The position numbers and the translations under genes were made by a program. Below, piece after piece: positions 7,336 to 15,912 of a stretch of DNA of 32,000 nt. The notes under the pieces were generated by a model. It had not been told where the DNA came from. It saw nothing but the letters and a program-made list of their open reading frames with translations, and ran no database searches. The first letter of the stretch is position 1. Each line of letters opens with the position of its first letter. This stretch comes from Microcystis aeruginosa NIES-2549 (GTDB lineage: Bacteria; Cyanobacteriota; Cyanobacteriia; Cyanobacteriales; Microcystaceae), in the NCBI RefSeq assembly GCF_000981785.2, contig NZ_CP011304.1, positions 3,360,001 to 3,392,000 of the forward strand, in the 5' to 3' direction.

Positions 7336-7409
7336 TTACACAAGAGCTAGAACCTCTGGAAGTGCGTTGCAAGGGAGATCCTTGCAACGGGGTAGAAACG
7401 AGAAGAACC
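7336..7409 (+). repeat. Dispersed repeat, copy 3 (core plus perfect hairpin GTTGCAAGG-GAGAT-CCTTGCAAC plus the AAACGAGAAGAACC tail; lacks the first hairpin)
   Basis: Aligned by eye with copies 1 and 2. The hairpin is at 7366-7388. Confidence 0.85.
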
Positions 7410-7418
7410 CCTTACTGA

Positions 7419-8639
7419 TTAATTTTCCACAAAAGTAAATTTACCATTTTTACCATCGGCATCCATTTTAATTTGTGCCACGGAGAATTTATCCTGAATG
7501 ATTTCCCCTTCGGGAGTAAAAGCAATATTTCCCAGGACAGTGACATACTTACCCGCTAAAATTTCCTGATTTAATTGTTGGCGAATTTGTTCGAGGGAAA
7601 GTGTACTGAGTTTATTTTTATCATCTACCCGTTTTAAGGCCTCGACAAAAACTTGAATTCCCGTAAAAGCTTGAGCGGTAAATTGGGGAGGTGCTTTTTT
7701 ATTTTCTGCTGTATAAGCGGCGACAAAATCCCGATTAATGGGAATATCTAATTCCGGGTTATAAGCTTGAGCGATGAGAATGCCATCACATTGAGCTTGA
7801 CAAACTGGGAAAATATTAGAAGTATTTAAACCATTGCCCCCAATAATTAACCCCTGATAGCCTAATTGCCGCAACTGTTTGACCAAATTGCCCCCGTCAG
7901 CAACCAAACCAGAAATAACCACTAAATCTGGTTTAATATTGATAGCGGCGGTGGCTTGGTTTTGAAAATCTGTATCGGTGGTTTGGAATTTCTGCACGGT
8001 GACAATATCGAGATTTAAACTCTTGAGGGTTTCTTGAAAAGTTTCCGTTTCCGATTTACTAAAAGCATCATTTTGGGCAAAAAATACCGCCACTTTTTTA
8101 ATCTTGGGATCGATTTTTAAAGCGGTTTTAATCGCATTGGGAGCGACCACAGCCACAGGAGCGGACACCCTACCCACATATTCACCGATCTGGGGGATAC
8201 CTTTAGCGGTATTAGACGGACCAAGAATGGGAACTTTAGCTCGATCGGCGATCGGACTAGCGGCAAAAGCTTGCTGGGACAGGGACGGACCGAGAATAGC
8301 CACCACCTTATCTTGAGTGATCAGGGTATTAATGGCGTTGATCGCCCCCTGTTCATCCCCAGCCACATCCTGGATAATAACTTTAATCGGTGTTCCATTG
8401 ACTCCGCCCTTTTTATTAAAATATGTTTCGGCTATCTTGACACCGATTACCTGTTCCTGTCCCAATAGGGCGACATTGCTGGTTTGAGCCAAAGCTGCAC
8501 CGATGGGAATAGCGCCAGTGGCGGCCTTTTCTGCGGGACTGGGGTTTTGACCGGTGGGAGTGCCGGAATTACAGGCCACCACTAGACCGAAAGTGACTAG
8601 GGATAAGATTAAGGGGATTAATAAACGTTTTCTGAGCAT
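7419..8639 (-). CDS. ABC transporter periplasmic substrate-binding protein, LivJ/NatB-like (branched-chain/neutral amino acid type), probable lipoprotein
   Basis: 406 aa, with a signal peptide and a lipobox-like LVVAC. The overall composition looks like a type-1 periplasmic binding protein (GVNGTPIKVIIQDVAGDEQGA..., ...ILGPSLSQQA...). No permease or ATPase genes are adjacent. Confidence 0.85.
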   Translation of the reverse strand: MLRKRLLIPLILSLVTFGLVVACNSGTPTGQNPSPAEKAATGAIPIGAALAQTSNVALLGQEQVIGVKIAETYFNKKGGVNGTPIKVIIQDVAGDEQGAINAINTLITQDKVVAILGPSLSQQAFAASPIADRAKVPILGPSNTAKGIPQIGEYVGRVSAPVAVVAPNAIKTALKIDPKIKKVAVFFAQNDAFSKSETETFQETLKSLNLDIVTVQKFQTTDTDFQNQATAAINIKPDLVVISGLVADGGNLVKQLRQLGYQGLIIGGNGLNTSNIFPVCQAQCDGILIAQAYNPELDIPINRDFVAAYTAENKKAPPQFTAQAFTGIQVFVEALKRVDDKNKLSTLSLEQIRQQLNQEILAGKYVTVLGNIAFTPEGEIIQDKFSVAQIKMDADGKNGKFTFVEN

Positions 8640-8908
8640 CTTAACTCTCCGGGGATGGTATTGTTGATGACAATATTATTTCGCGAATCGGGTTGATTTC
8701 AGCAATTATTGACGCGATCAAACCGGATTTTACTCCCTTAGCCCCCTTTCTTTCCCTTAATTTTGTCGATTAACCTCCCCGTCTAACCTCCGTTTCCTAA
8801 AAACGATTTGCCTTTTCTGGTTCTGTCGCCTAACCTAGTAGTTAGGGAATTTATATATCGCCCTTCCTGTCCACAAACCCCAGCAAGCGAAAACATCCAT
8901 TTAAGATT

Positions 8909-9214
8909 ATGACTAACCCCGTTATTCACGCCTTTTTCCTCGGACGAGCGATCGCTGAAGTGATCGGTGAACAGCTAGAAGATGCGTTGACCAACGCTTT
9001 AAGCGAATTAGGCAAATTTGATGCCGAACAACGGGAAAACCTGCGGCAATTCGTCGAAGAAGTGCAAAAGAGAGCCGATCGAGCCGTGGAAAAGGGAGTA
9101 TATACTGGTACAGAGTCCAGTGGTTCCTCCAGTGCCGATGTGCAGGAAAACATCGACGAAATGCGGGCTGAAATCGCCCAATTGCGCTCGGAACTAAAAA
9201 ACCACCGTAATTAA
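8909..9214 (+). CDS. Small acidic hypothetical protein (101 aa), first gene of a co-directional trio with the ABC1 kinase and PP2C
   Basis: Clean ORF with a charged helical C-terminus ([19 protein letters not shown]), 42 bp upstream of the ABC1 kinase ORF. Both antisense ORFs over it (8922..9218, 8926..9153) look spurious. Confidence 0.65.
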   Translation: MTNPVIHAFFLGRAIAEVIGEQLEDALTNALSELGKFDAEQRENLRQFVEEVQKRADRAVEKGVYTGTESSGSSSADVQENIDEMRAEIAQLRSELKNHRN

Positions 9215-9256
9215 CCAAAAACCCTCTTTTAGTCGCTTTAAAGCCCCAAAAATTGC

Positions 9257-10993
9257 GTGTCAGCCTTTCTACCCGTCCCCGTTACCCCAGAGTTAAACCC
9301 AGCAATGCCGGCCCTCGAAGTCGCCCAAAATAGCTATCGTTGGAATCGAGAAAACTATTCCATCAATCGTCGTCGTCTAGATATTTGGCGATTCGTTCTG
9401 ACCGTACTTTATCAATTCTGGCTCAACGGTAAAAAATGGAGCTATAACGGCGGCTATAGCGAGGAAAAACTCGCCGGCAGACGCAGAAAACAAGCCGCTT
9501 GGATTCGGGAAACCATGCTAGAATTGGGGCCGACTTTTATTAAAGTCGGTCAACTGTTTTCTACCCGTGCCGATCTTTTTCCCCTCGAATATGTGGAAGA
9601 ACTCTCGAAACTACAGGATCAGGTTCCCGCGTTTACCTACGAACAGGCCAGCAAAATTATCGAGGCATCCCTCGGTAAACCCCTCAATCAACTCTTTAAA
9701 AGCTTCGATCCCATCCCCCTGGCAGCCGCTAGTTTAGGGCAAGTTCACCGGGCCCAACTGAAAACCGGGGAAGATGTGGTGGTCAAAGTCCAACGGCCCG
9801 GATTGAAAAAATTATTTAGTATCGATCTGACCATCCTAAAAAAAATCGCCCAATACTTCCAAAATCATCCCAAATGGGGTAAAGGTCGCGATTGGACGGG
9901 GATTTATGAAGAATGCTGTAAAATTCTCTGGGAAGAAACCGATTATCTCAACGAAGGTCGTAACGCCGACACTTTTCGCCGTAATTTTCGCGGGGAAGAT
10001 TGGGTGAAAGTACCAAAAGTCTATTGGCGCTACACCTCTCCCCAGGTTTTAACCCTAGAATATCTCCCCGGCATCAAAATCAGTCATTATGAGGCCCTAG
10101 AAGCGGCCGGACTCGATCGCAAATTGTTGGCTAAACTGGGGGCAAAAGCCTATCTAATTCAACTACTCAACAACGGCTTTTTTCACGCAGATCCTCACCC
10201 CGGCAATATCGCCGTTGATAGTGATGGCTCCTTAATTTTCTATGATTTCGGCATGATGGGACAAATTAAAACCAACGTGCGCGAAAAATTAATGCAGACT
10301 CTCTTTGGAATTGCCCAAAAAGATGCCGATCGCGTGGTCACTTCTCTGGTGGATTTAGGAGCATTAACTGCCAATGGTGATATGGGAGCAGTGCGGCGAT
10401 CGATCCAGTATATGCTCGATAACTTCATGGATAAACCCTTTGAGGAGCAATCCGTGGCCTCTATCAGCGATGATCTCTATGAAATCGCCTACGATCAGCC
10501 TTTTCGCTTTCCCGCTACCTTTACCTTCGTCATGCGGGCATTTTCTACCCTGGAAGGGGTAGGCAAAGGACTCGATCCCGAATTTAACTTTATGGAAGTG
10601 GCCCAACCTTTTGCCCTGCAATTAGTAAATGATATGACAGGAAATCATGGCAGTAATATCCTCGATGAGCTAGGACGGCAAGCAGCCCAAGTGAGCAGCA
10701 CCGCCCTGAGTTTACCCCGACGCATCGATGATACGATCGAAAAATTAGAACGGGGTGATATCCGTGTTCGGGTACGTTCGAGCGAATCTGATCGACTTTT
10801 GCGGCGATTGGGTATGATTCAAATGGGAACCAACTATACTTTACTGATCAGTGCTTTGGTGATCTCGGCGACGCTTCTATTTGTCAGTGGTTTTGGTTGG
10901 TTAACTTTAGTGCCGATGGCGATTTCGCTGCTGCCGGGGATAGCTCTTGTGAGACTTTGGCGAAAAATTGAACGTCAGGATCGCATGATGTAA
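9257..10993 (+). CDS. ABC1/UbiB (AarF) family atypical protein kinase with C-terminal TM segments
   Basis: 578 aa. Family motifs: LGPTFIKVGQLFSTRADLFP, AAASLGQVHRAQL, FFHADPHPGNI, FYDFGMMG. The start is a GTG at 9257; an alternative ATG is at 9305. Confidence 0.9.
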   Translation: MSAFLPVPVTPELNPAMPALEVAQNSYRWNRENYSINRRRLDIWRFVLTVLYQFWLNGKKWSYNGGYSEEKLAGRRRKQAAWIRETMLELGPTFIKVGQLFSTRADLFPLEYVEELSKLQDQVPAFTYEQASKIIEASLGKPLNQLFKSFDPIPLAAASLGQVHRAQLKTGEDVVVKVQRPGLKKLFSIDLTILKKIAQYFQNHPKWGKGRDWTGIYEECCKILWEETDYLNEGRNADTFRRNFRGEDWVKVPKVYWRYTSPQVLTLEYLPGIKISHYEALEAAGLDRKLLAKLGAKAYLIQLLNNGFFHADPHPGNIAVDSDGSLIFYDFGMMGQIKTNVREKLMQTLFGIAQKDADRVVTSLVDLGALTANGDMGAVRRSIQYMLDNFMDKPFEEQSVASISDDLYEIAYDQPFRFPATFTFVMRAFSTLEGVGKGLDPEFNFMEVAQPFALQLVNDMTGNHGSNILDELGRQAAQVSSTALSLPRRIDDTIEKLERGDIRVRVRSSESDRLLRRLGMIQMGTNYTLLISALVISATLLFVSGFGWLTLVPMAISLLPGIALVRLWRKIERQDRMM

Positions 10994-11037
10994 TTGATCG
11001 CAGGATAATAAATATTGTGTTAGCATCAAAAATTTCC

Positions 11038-11763
11038 ATGAACAACCTTTCTTTTGGAGGAACAACCGATCCTGGTGTAGTGCGATCGGTTAATCAGGAC
11101 AGTTATTATATCGACCCCGATCGGCGCTTTTTTATCGTTGCCGATGGTATGGGGGGTCATGCAGGAGGCCAGGAAGCTAGTCAAATCGCCACTAAAACTA
11201 TCCAAGCTCATCTAGAAGAACACTGGAATTCGTCCCTGGCTGCCGGGGAATTGCTGCAGGAGGCAATTACTGCCGCTAACGAGAAGATTATTGAAGATCA
11301 GCTGAAAAATCCCGAAAGACAGGACATGGGGACAACCCTAGTCATGGCTATCTTCCGAGACGATGGCCCCTGGTACACCCATATTGGTGATTCCCGTCTC
11401 TATCGTTTTCGTGAGCAAAAATTAGAACAGGTGACGGAGGATCATACTTGGATAGCTAGGGCGGTAAAAATGGGCGATATGTCCGAAGAAGAAGCGAAAA
11501 ACCACCCTTGGCGGCACGTTTTATTTCAATGCCTTGGTCGTCGCGATTTGCCCCCAGTGACGGTGTCTCCCCTCGATGTACAATCTGGCGATAGTTTAAT
11601 TCTCTGTAGTGATGGTTTGACGGAAGAAGTGTCCGACGAGGAAATTAGCGATTATTTGCAAACTGGTGCCGATTGTCAGGAAATTGTCGAGAATTTAGTG
11701 GCAGCGGCCAAAAAAGCTGGCGGTTCTGATAATATCACCGTGGTCATGGTAACGCAAAATTGA
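11038..11763 (+). CDS. PP2C-family Ser/Thr protein phosphatase
   Basis: Motifs NQDSYY, VADGMGGHAGGQEAS, GDSRLYR, LCSDGL and GGSDNITVV. The ATG at 11038 (MNNLSFGG...) is preferred over the track GTG at 11017. Confidence 0.9.
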   Translation: MNNLSFGGTTDPGVVRSVNQDSYYIDPDRRFFIVADGMGGHAGGQEASQIATKTIQAHLEEHWNSSLAAGELLQEAITAANEKIIEDQLKNPERQDMGTTLVMAIFRDDGPWYTHIGDSRLYRFREQKLEQVTEDHTWIARAVKMGDMSEEEAKNHPWRHVLFQCLGRRDLPPVTVSPLDVQSGDSLILCSDGLTEEVSDEEISDYLQTGADCQEIVENLVAAAKKAGGSDNITVVMVTQN

Positions 11764-11767
11764 GAGG

Positions 11768-11796
11768 AAGTTTAGCGATCGCTGATCGCTAAACTT
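11768..11796. terminator. Perfect 13-bp hairpin between convergent genes (possible bidirectional terminator, no U tract)
   Basis: AAGTTTAGCGATC-GCT-GATCGCTAAACTT. It lies 5 bp after the PP2C stop and 7 bp after the ankyrin gene stop, and its 5' arm ends in a HIP1 GCGATCGC octamer that runs into the loop. Confidence 0.5.
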
Positions 11797-11802
11797 GCAC
11801 TT

Positions 11803-13176
11803 CTACTCGATCGCTCCTGCTTGTTGTAATAAAGAAACGATCGCCTGATGGTGATTAAACTTAGCTAACATTAAAGCGGTCATTCCCCCTTGATTTTTCT
11901 GATTTAAGTTCACTTTTCCCCTGTCTAACAAGACTTTAACCGTGTCGAGACAACCGTGATAACTCGCCCACATTAAAGGGGAAGCGCCGCTAAAATCGAG
12001 TTTATTGACATCAGCACCGATATCGATTAACCGGCGCACCAGTTGACTATTATTGCCCTCACAAGCTTTCATGAGGACGGTTTTGCCATCGGGATAAACC
12101 GCGTTGGGATTAGCCCCGTAGTCGAGGAGATAACGGCATATTTCCGTAAATTGGCGCTGTAGAGCTAAAGTTAACGGTGTTTCTCCCTGCTGAGTTAGGT
12201 TAGGCTCCGCTCCCTGTTTTAACAATTCTAAAACGATCGCTTCGTACCCCTGCACGGTGGCGATGATCAGGGGTGTATCGCCAAAATGGTTACGGTGATT
12301 GACAAAAGCACCGGCTTGTAGTAAGGCCTGGACGATCTCTAAATGTCCTTCGATCGTCCCTAAATGCAGGGCCGTTTCTCCGGCCTGATTTTGATTGTCA
12401 ACACTGGCCCCCTGAGCGAGTAAAAGTCGGACAATATCGAAATATCCCTCAGCAGCAGCGAGCATGAGGGCAGTTTCTCCCTCCTCCGTGATGATATTCG
12501 GATTTGCTCCCGCTTGCAGTAAAGTTTGCACGCTGGCGAGATTTCCCTTCTCTACAGCCAAAATTAGGGGAGTTTCCCCAGATAAAGTGGGAGAATCGAG
12601 GGGCATACCACGGGTAATAAACAATTCGAGGACTTCTGGGCGATTAGCCTTGAGAGCCTCTAACCAAGCTTCTTGACGTATTTCTTCATCTACACCACTA
12701 TCGAGCAGTAAACCGACAATTGCGGCGTAATTTTGGCTTATCGCTACAGATAAAGCCGTATCTCCATCCCGATCTCGCATATTGACCCGAGCGCCGGCGA
12801 TTAATAACTGTTCTGCGATCGCTGTATGACCCTTATAAGTGGCAATCATTAGTGCGGGTGTACCATCTTGGTTGACCTGATTGATATTAGCACCAGAGGC
12901 GATTAGTTGAGCGAGTATTTCACCGTGATTGAGGGCAGCCGCTAACATGAGGGGGGTTAAACCTTGAGGTTGTTTACTTTTGTTGATATCAGCCCCAAAT
13001 TCTCGTAAAATTGCTACAATTTCCCTATGACCCCCCTGCACCGCATAGATTAAAGCCGTAGTATTTTGGGCATCAGTGGCGTTGACATTTGCCCCCTGAC
13101 TCAGTAAAGCTTGAACCCGCGCGAGATTGCCCTGACGCGTCGCTTGCATTAACAAGATATCCCAATTAGAAGCCAT
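11803..13176 (-). CDS. Ankyrin-repeat protein (~14 tandem ANK repeats, no signal peptide)
   Basis: 457 aa with ~33-aa periodicity throughout, e.g. GETALMLAAAEGYFDIVRLLLAQGASVDNQN / GETALHLGTIEGHLEIVQALLQAGAFVNHRN. It starts 35 bp downstream of the REC-histidine kinase gene on the same strand. Confidence 0.92.
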   Translation of the reverse strand: MASNWDILLMQATRQGNLARVQALLSQGANVNATDAQNTTALIYAVQGGHREIVAILREFGADINKSKQPQGLTPLMLAAALNHGEILAQLIASGANINQVNQDGTPALMIATYKGHTAIAEQLLIAGARVNMRDRDGDTALSVAISQNYAAIVGLLLDSGVDEEIRQEAWLEALKANRPEVLELFITRGMPLDSPTLSGETPLILAVEKGNLASVQTLLQAGANPNIITEEGETALMLAAAEGYFDIVRLLLAQGASVDNQNQAGETALHLGTIEGHLEIVQALLQAGAFVNHRNHFGDTPLIIATVQGYEAIVLELLKQGAEPNLTQQGETPLTLALQRQFTEICRYLLDYGANPNAVYPDGKTVLMKACEGNNSQLVRRLIDIGADVNKLDFSGASPLMWASYHGCLDTVKVLLDRGKVNLNQKNQGGMTALMLAKFNHHQAIVSLLQQAGAIE

Positions 13177-13211
13177 TAACAGTGACCGATCGGCAGAAAG
13201 TATTTTTTCTA

Positions 13212-14330
13212 TTATCGATCTTTATAGGCAGGTAAACGGACAGAAAAGCTACTACCCCGTTCTAATTCTGAGGTGACGGCAATAGTTCCCCCATGAGCAT
13301 CGATAATGCGACGGGAGAGATAAAGTCCTAAACCATTGGTGGAACTTTCTGGGGGACCAGAGTGCAGGCGCTCGAAAATCCTGGGTAGTTCTTCTGCTGC
13401 AATGCCTATACCAGTATCCTCGACGACAATGGTGACAAAATTATCTTCCTCTGTAGCGGGGATAAGATGAATTTTCACGTCACCCTCTTGGGTAAATTTA
13501 ATTGCATTGCCGATGAGATTGGTAAAAACGCGCCGCAGTTCTAAGCGATCGCCAATTAGGGAAACTTCTCCAGTATTTTCGGCATTTAAGCTTAATTCTA
13601 GTCCTTTTTCTCGGGCAAGGGGAGCTAACTCCTGACACACTTCTTCGAGAATATCGACAATCTTTAATTTAGTCAAATTCAGTTTTTTTTCACCGTTTTC
13701 ATGAAAATAAACTTCCAAAAGATTATTAACCATTTCCAAGAGATTCTTATTACTGCGAATAATCACCTGAATGGCTCGAATCATTTCGCCAGTAATTTCA
13801 CCGTATAAACCTTCTTGAAATAGTTCTAACATCCGATTAGCCGACATTAAGGGAGTTCGCAAATCGTGGGTTATCCTCGAAATAAAATCTTCTTTTTGTT
13901 TAGCTAATTGCTCTTTTTGTTGTTTGGCAGTCGCCGCTTCTTTTTCCGCTTCATAGAGGCGTAGGGCGTTTTGGAGCGCTTGATTTAAGCGCAAGGGAGA
14001 AAGACGAAATTTATTCAGGTAATCCCAAGCACCGGCTTTCATCAGATCGACGGCAATTTCTTCGTCTCCGTGACCGGTTAAGACAATTAGGGGTGTTTTA
14101 ACTCCCTGTTGCCGAATTTCCCTCACCAAAGTCAAACCATCTCGATCGGGTAGACGATAATCGATAAATATACAGTCAAAAAGATCATTGAAAATCAGTT
14201 CTTTAGCATCTTGATAGTTAGTGGCTTCTGTTATTTGTATTTCCACCTCCGATGCTCTTAAGAATCGGCGCACGGCCATCCGATCCACTTCATCATCATC
14301 AATAATTAGAATCCTTAACTGGTTTGACAT
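13212..14330 (-). CDS. Hybrid response-regulator/histidine kinase (REC - coiled coil - HisKA - HATPase_c), no TM or sensor domain
   Basis: REC: LRILIIDDDEVDR...FIDYRLPDRDG...LTGHGDEE...AGAWDYLNK. H-box ITHDLRTPL. N-box NLIGNAIKFT. G-boxes VEDTGIGI and GLGLYLSR. The start is taken at the ATG at 14330 (MSNQLRIL); the track GTG start at 14471 adds 47 aa that look non-coding. Confidence 0.9.
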   Translation of the reverse strand: MSNQLRILIIDDDEVDRMAVRRFLRASEVEIQITEATNYQDAKELIFNDLFDCIFIDYRLPDRDGLTLVREIRQQGVKTPLIVLTGHGDEEIAVDLMKAGAWDYLNKFRLSPLRLNQALQNALRLYEAEKEAATAKQQKEQLAKQKEDFISRITHDLRTPLMSANRMLELFQEGLYGEITGEMIRAIQVIIRSNKNLLEMVNNLLEVYFHENGEKKLNLTKLKIVDILEEVCQELAPLAREKGLELSLNAENTGEVSLIGDRLELRRVFTNLIGNAIKFTQEGDVKIHLIPATEEDNFVTIVVEDTGIGIAAEELPRIFERLHSGPPESSTNGLGLYLSRRIIDAHGGTIAVTSELERGSSFSVRLPAYKDR

Positions 14331-14815
14331 CGCCAATTTAAATCTGAATTGGATTACTAAGTAAGTGGGTTCAATTAAATTGAAGATAAATTTTGTCTTT
14401 GATCGCCCCAACTTCCCCCTTAATAAGGGCGGAGTTATGGGCGGGGGTATCTGACAATTTTTAACACCCACCTACTTGGGCTATTATGTATAATACACTA
14501 CCAGTAATCGGGTTCGGTAGTCAAGACATTTTCCAGATGGATTGTGACAGCGTTTTTCCTAAAGGTGAAGTGCAACCTAATTTGCCGATGACGAACGAAT
14601 CCTGACGACTGGCTCCCCCAAAAGGAAAGGTTATACTAAATCTGGTTATTAAAAACTGATTATCTATTGCTCCTTTTGCCGTTCGGCTGAGCTCACGGCC
14701 GAAGCCTCTTGCCTTTTGCCTTTTGCCTGTCCTGATATGTAGCCTATACTCAACGGATTTAGTATTAGATATGTGTAATTAATTTTGTCTAGCTACTTAT
14801 AATCGGAAAAAATAC

Positions 14816-15397
14816 TTAAACAAAACGGCAATGCTTCAACAGAGCGCTTTCCAGTCGGGAATGATATTCTTTTTCGCCGATAGTATAGGCCCCAAATCTA
14901 GCCAGATGGGGGTTTTGCATTTGGGCATCAAATAGACAGAAATTCCTTTCTCTGAGATGTTCAACTAACTTGACCATGGCAACCTTAGAACCATCGGGAA
15001 TTTTATAAAACATCGATTCCCCGATAAAAACCCCGCCAATGGCTAAACCTAAAATCCCCCCCGCTAATCGATCCCCTTGCCAAGTCTCGAAACTGTGGGC
15101 CCAACCGGCTTGGTGTAATTGCCGATAGATTTGCATTAACTCTGGGGAAATCCAAGTCAGGGAGCGATCGGCACAACCGGCACAAACCCCAGCAAAATCG
15201 CGGTTAATAGCCACCGTAAAGCGATTTTGATTCAAAACTCGTTTTAGGGACTGGGGATACCTAAAACGCTGATCGAGAGGGATAAGAGCGCGATTTTTAC
15301 TAGAATACCAATCCAGTCTGCCCCCCTCATCGGCCATGAGAAAGTAACCGCGTGCGTATCCTTGTATAATAGAGGCGGTATCCACGACTCCCCCCAA
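14816..15397 (-). CDS. aat: Leucyl/phenylalanyl-tRNA--protein transferase
   Basis: 193 aa: GYARGYFLM..., [44 protein letters not shown]..., [14 protein letters not shown]. The TTG start at 15397 is uncertain, because only 34 bp separate it from the divergent neighbour. Confidence 0.88.
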   Translation of the reverse strand: MGGVVDTASIIQGYARGYFLMADEGGRLDWYSSKNRALIPLDQRFRYPQSLKRVLNQNRFTVAINRDFAGVCAGCADRSLTWISPELMQIYRQLHQAGWAHSFETWQGDRLAGGILGLAIGGVFIGESMFYKIPDGSKVAMVKLVEHLRERNFCLFDAQMQNPHLARFGAYTIGEKEYHSRLESALLKHCRFV

Positions 15398-15431
15398 GAA
15401 TTCAGTTTCGTAGCCTGATCATTCTCTAATT

Positions 15432-15773
15432 ATGCCTGATCATCCCCCACCAATTCCGCCGATTACTTTACCACCGATCGAAAATCCCCAACAGGAACAA
15501 ACTTGGCTGCGCACGGCTTTACATCGTTGGTTAGATGCAGAATTTATTCCCGAAGCTATTAATGAAACTATCGCTGAACGCGCTAGTCAGATTTTTCTGC
15601 GTCAGCGTTTGGAAGGAGAAAACGATCTCGGTAGCTTGGTGATTGCGATTGTTACCGAGATGCAGGCTTTTGATTTTCGCGAAAGTTTTTATAGTGAATT
15701 TGCCATCGCTAACGCTGTCAGTGATTTAATTTTAGATAGTTTAGGGATCGATCGCTGTTGTGGCCAAAGTTAG
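15432..15773 (+). CDS. Conserved hypothetical protein, 113 aa, Pro-rich N-terminus
   Basis: Clean ORF with an ATG start. Its last 24 codons plus 22 bp downstream are duplicated at 17631-17724. Confidence 0.7.
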   Translation: MPDHPPPIPPITLPPIENPQQEQTWLRTALHRWLDAEFIPEAINETIAERASQIFLRQRLEGENDLGSLVIAIVTEMQAFDFRESFYSEFAIANAVSDLILDSLGIDRCCGQS

Positions 15774-15795
15774 ACAGTTTTTCTCCGCTATTGGA
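15702..15795 (+). repeat. Left copy of a 94-bp diverged direct repeat (82/94 identical to 17631-17724)
   Basis: Base-by-base comparison gave 12 mismatches and no gaps. The repeat covers the 3' end of CDS 15432..15773 plus its downstream flank. Confidence 0.9.
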
Positions 15796-15912
15796 GTTTA
15801 ATTTCTATTAGCTGCTCTGCTAATTTTTCTGTGCGAATGGGGTACTGCTCATTTAAGAAGTTAACAAAATCTTCTTCGGGATGTGCCACGACGATATTAC
15901 TATAGTTTTGGG

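Noticed and set aside
7419-8639. Orphan substrate-binding protein as an anomaly
   Set aside because: Cyanobacterial amino-acid ABC systems (for example the Nat systems) are known to have dispersed genes, so a lone binding-protein gene is ordinary.
8648-8672. NtcA-like GTN10AC motif (minus strand GTCATCAACAATAC) upstream of the binding-protein gene
   Set aside because: It is only a partial match to GTA-N8-TAC. It lies ~20-35 nt from the start codon, leaving no room for a -10 box and leader. Probably chance.
14472-14815. 344-bp spacer with a TATAAT (about 14497-14502) and a weak hairpin TTCGGC-N10-GCCGAA; possible small RNA
   Set aside because: The stem is only 6 bp with no U tract. The only ORF is 22 codons, and part of the spacer matches a repeat fragment (GGATTTAGTATTA, also at 7327). 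The evidence is insufficient without transcript data.
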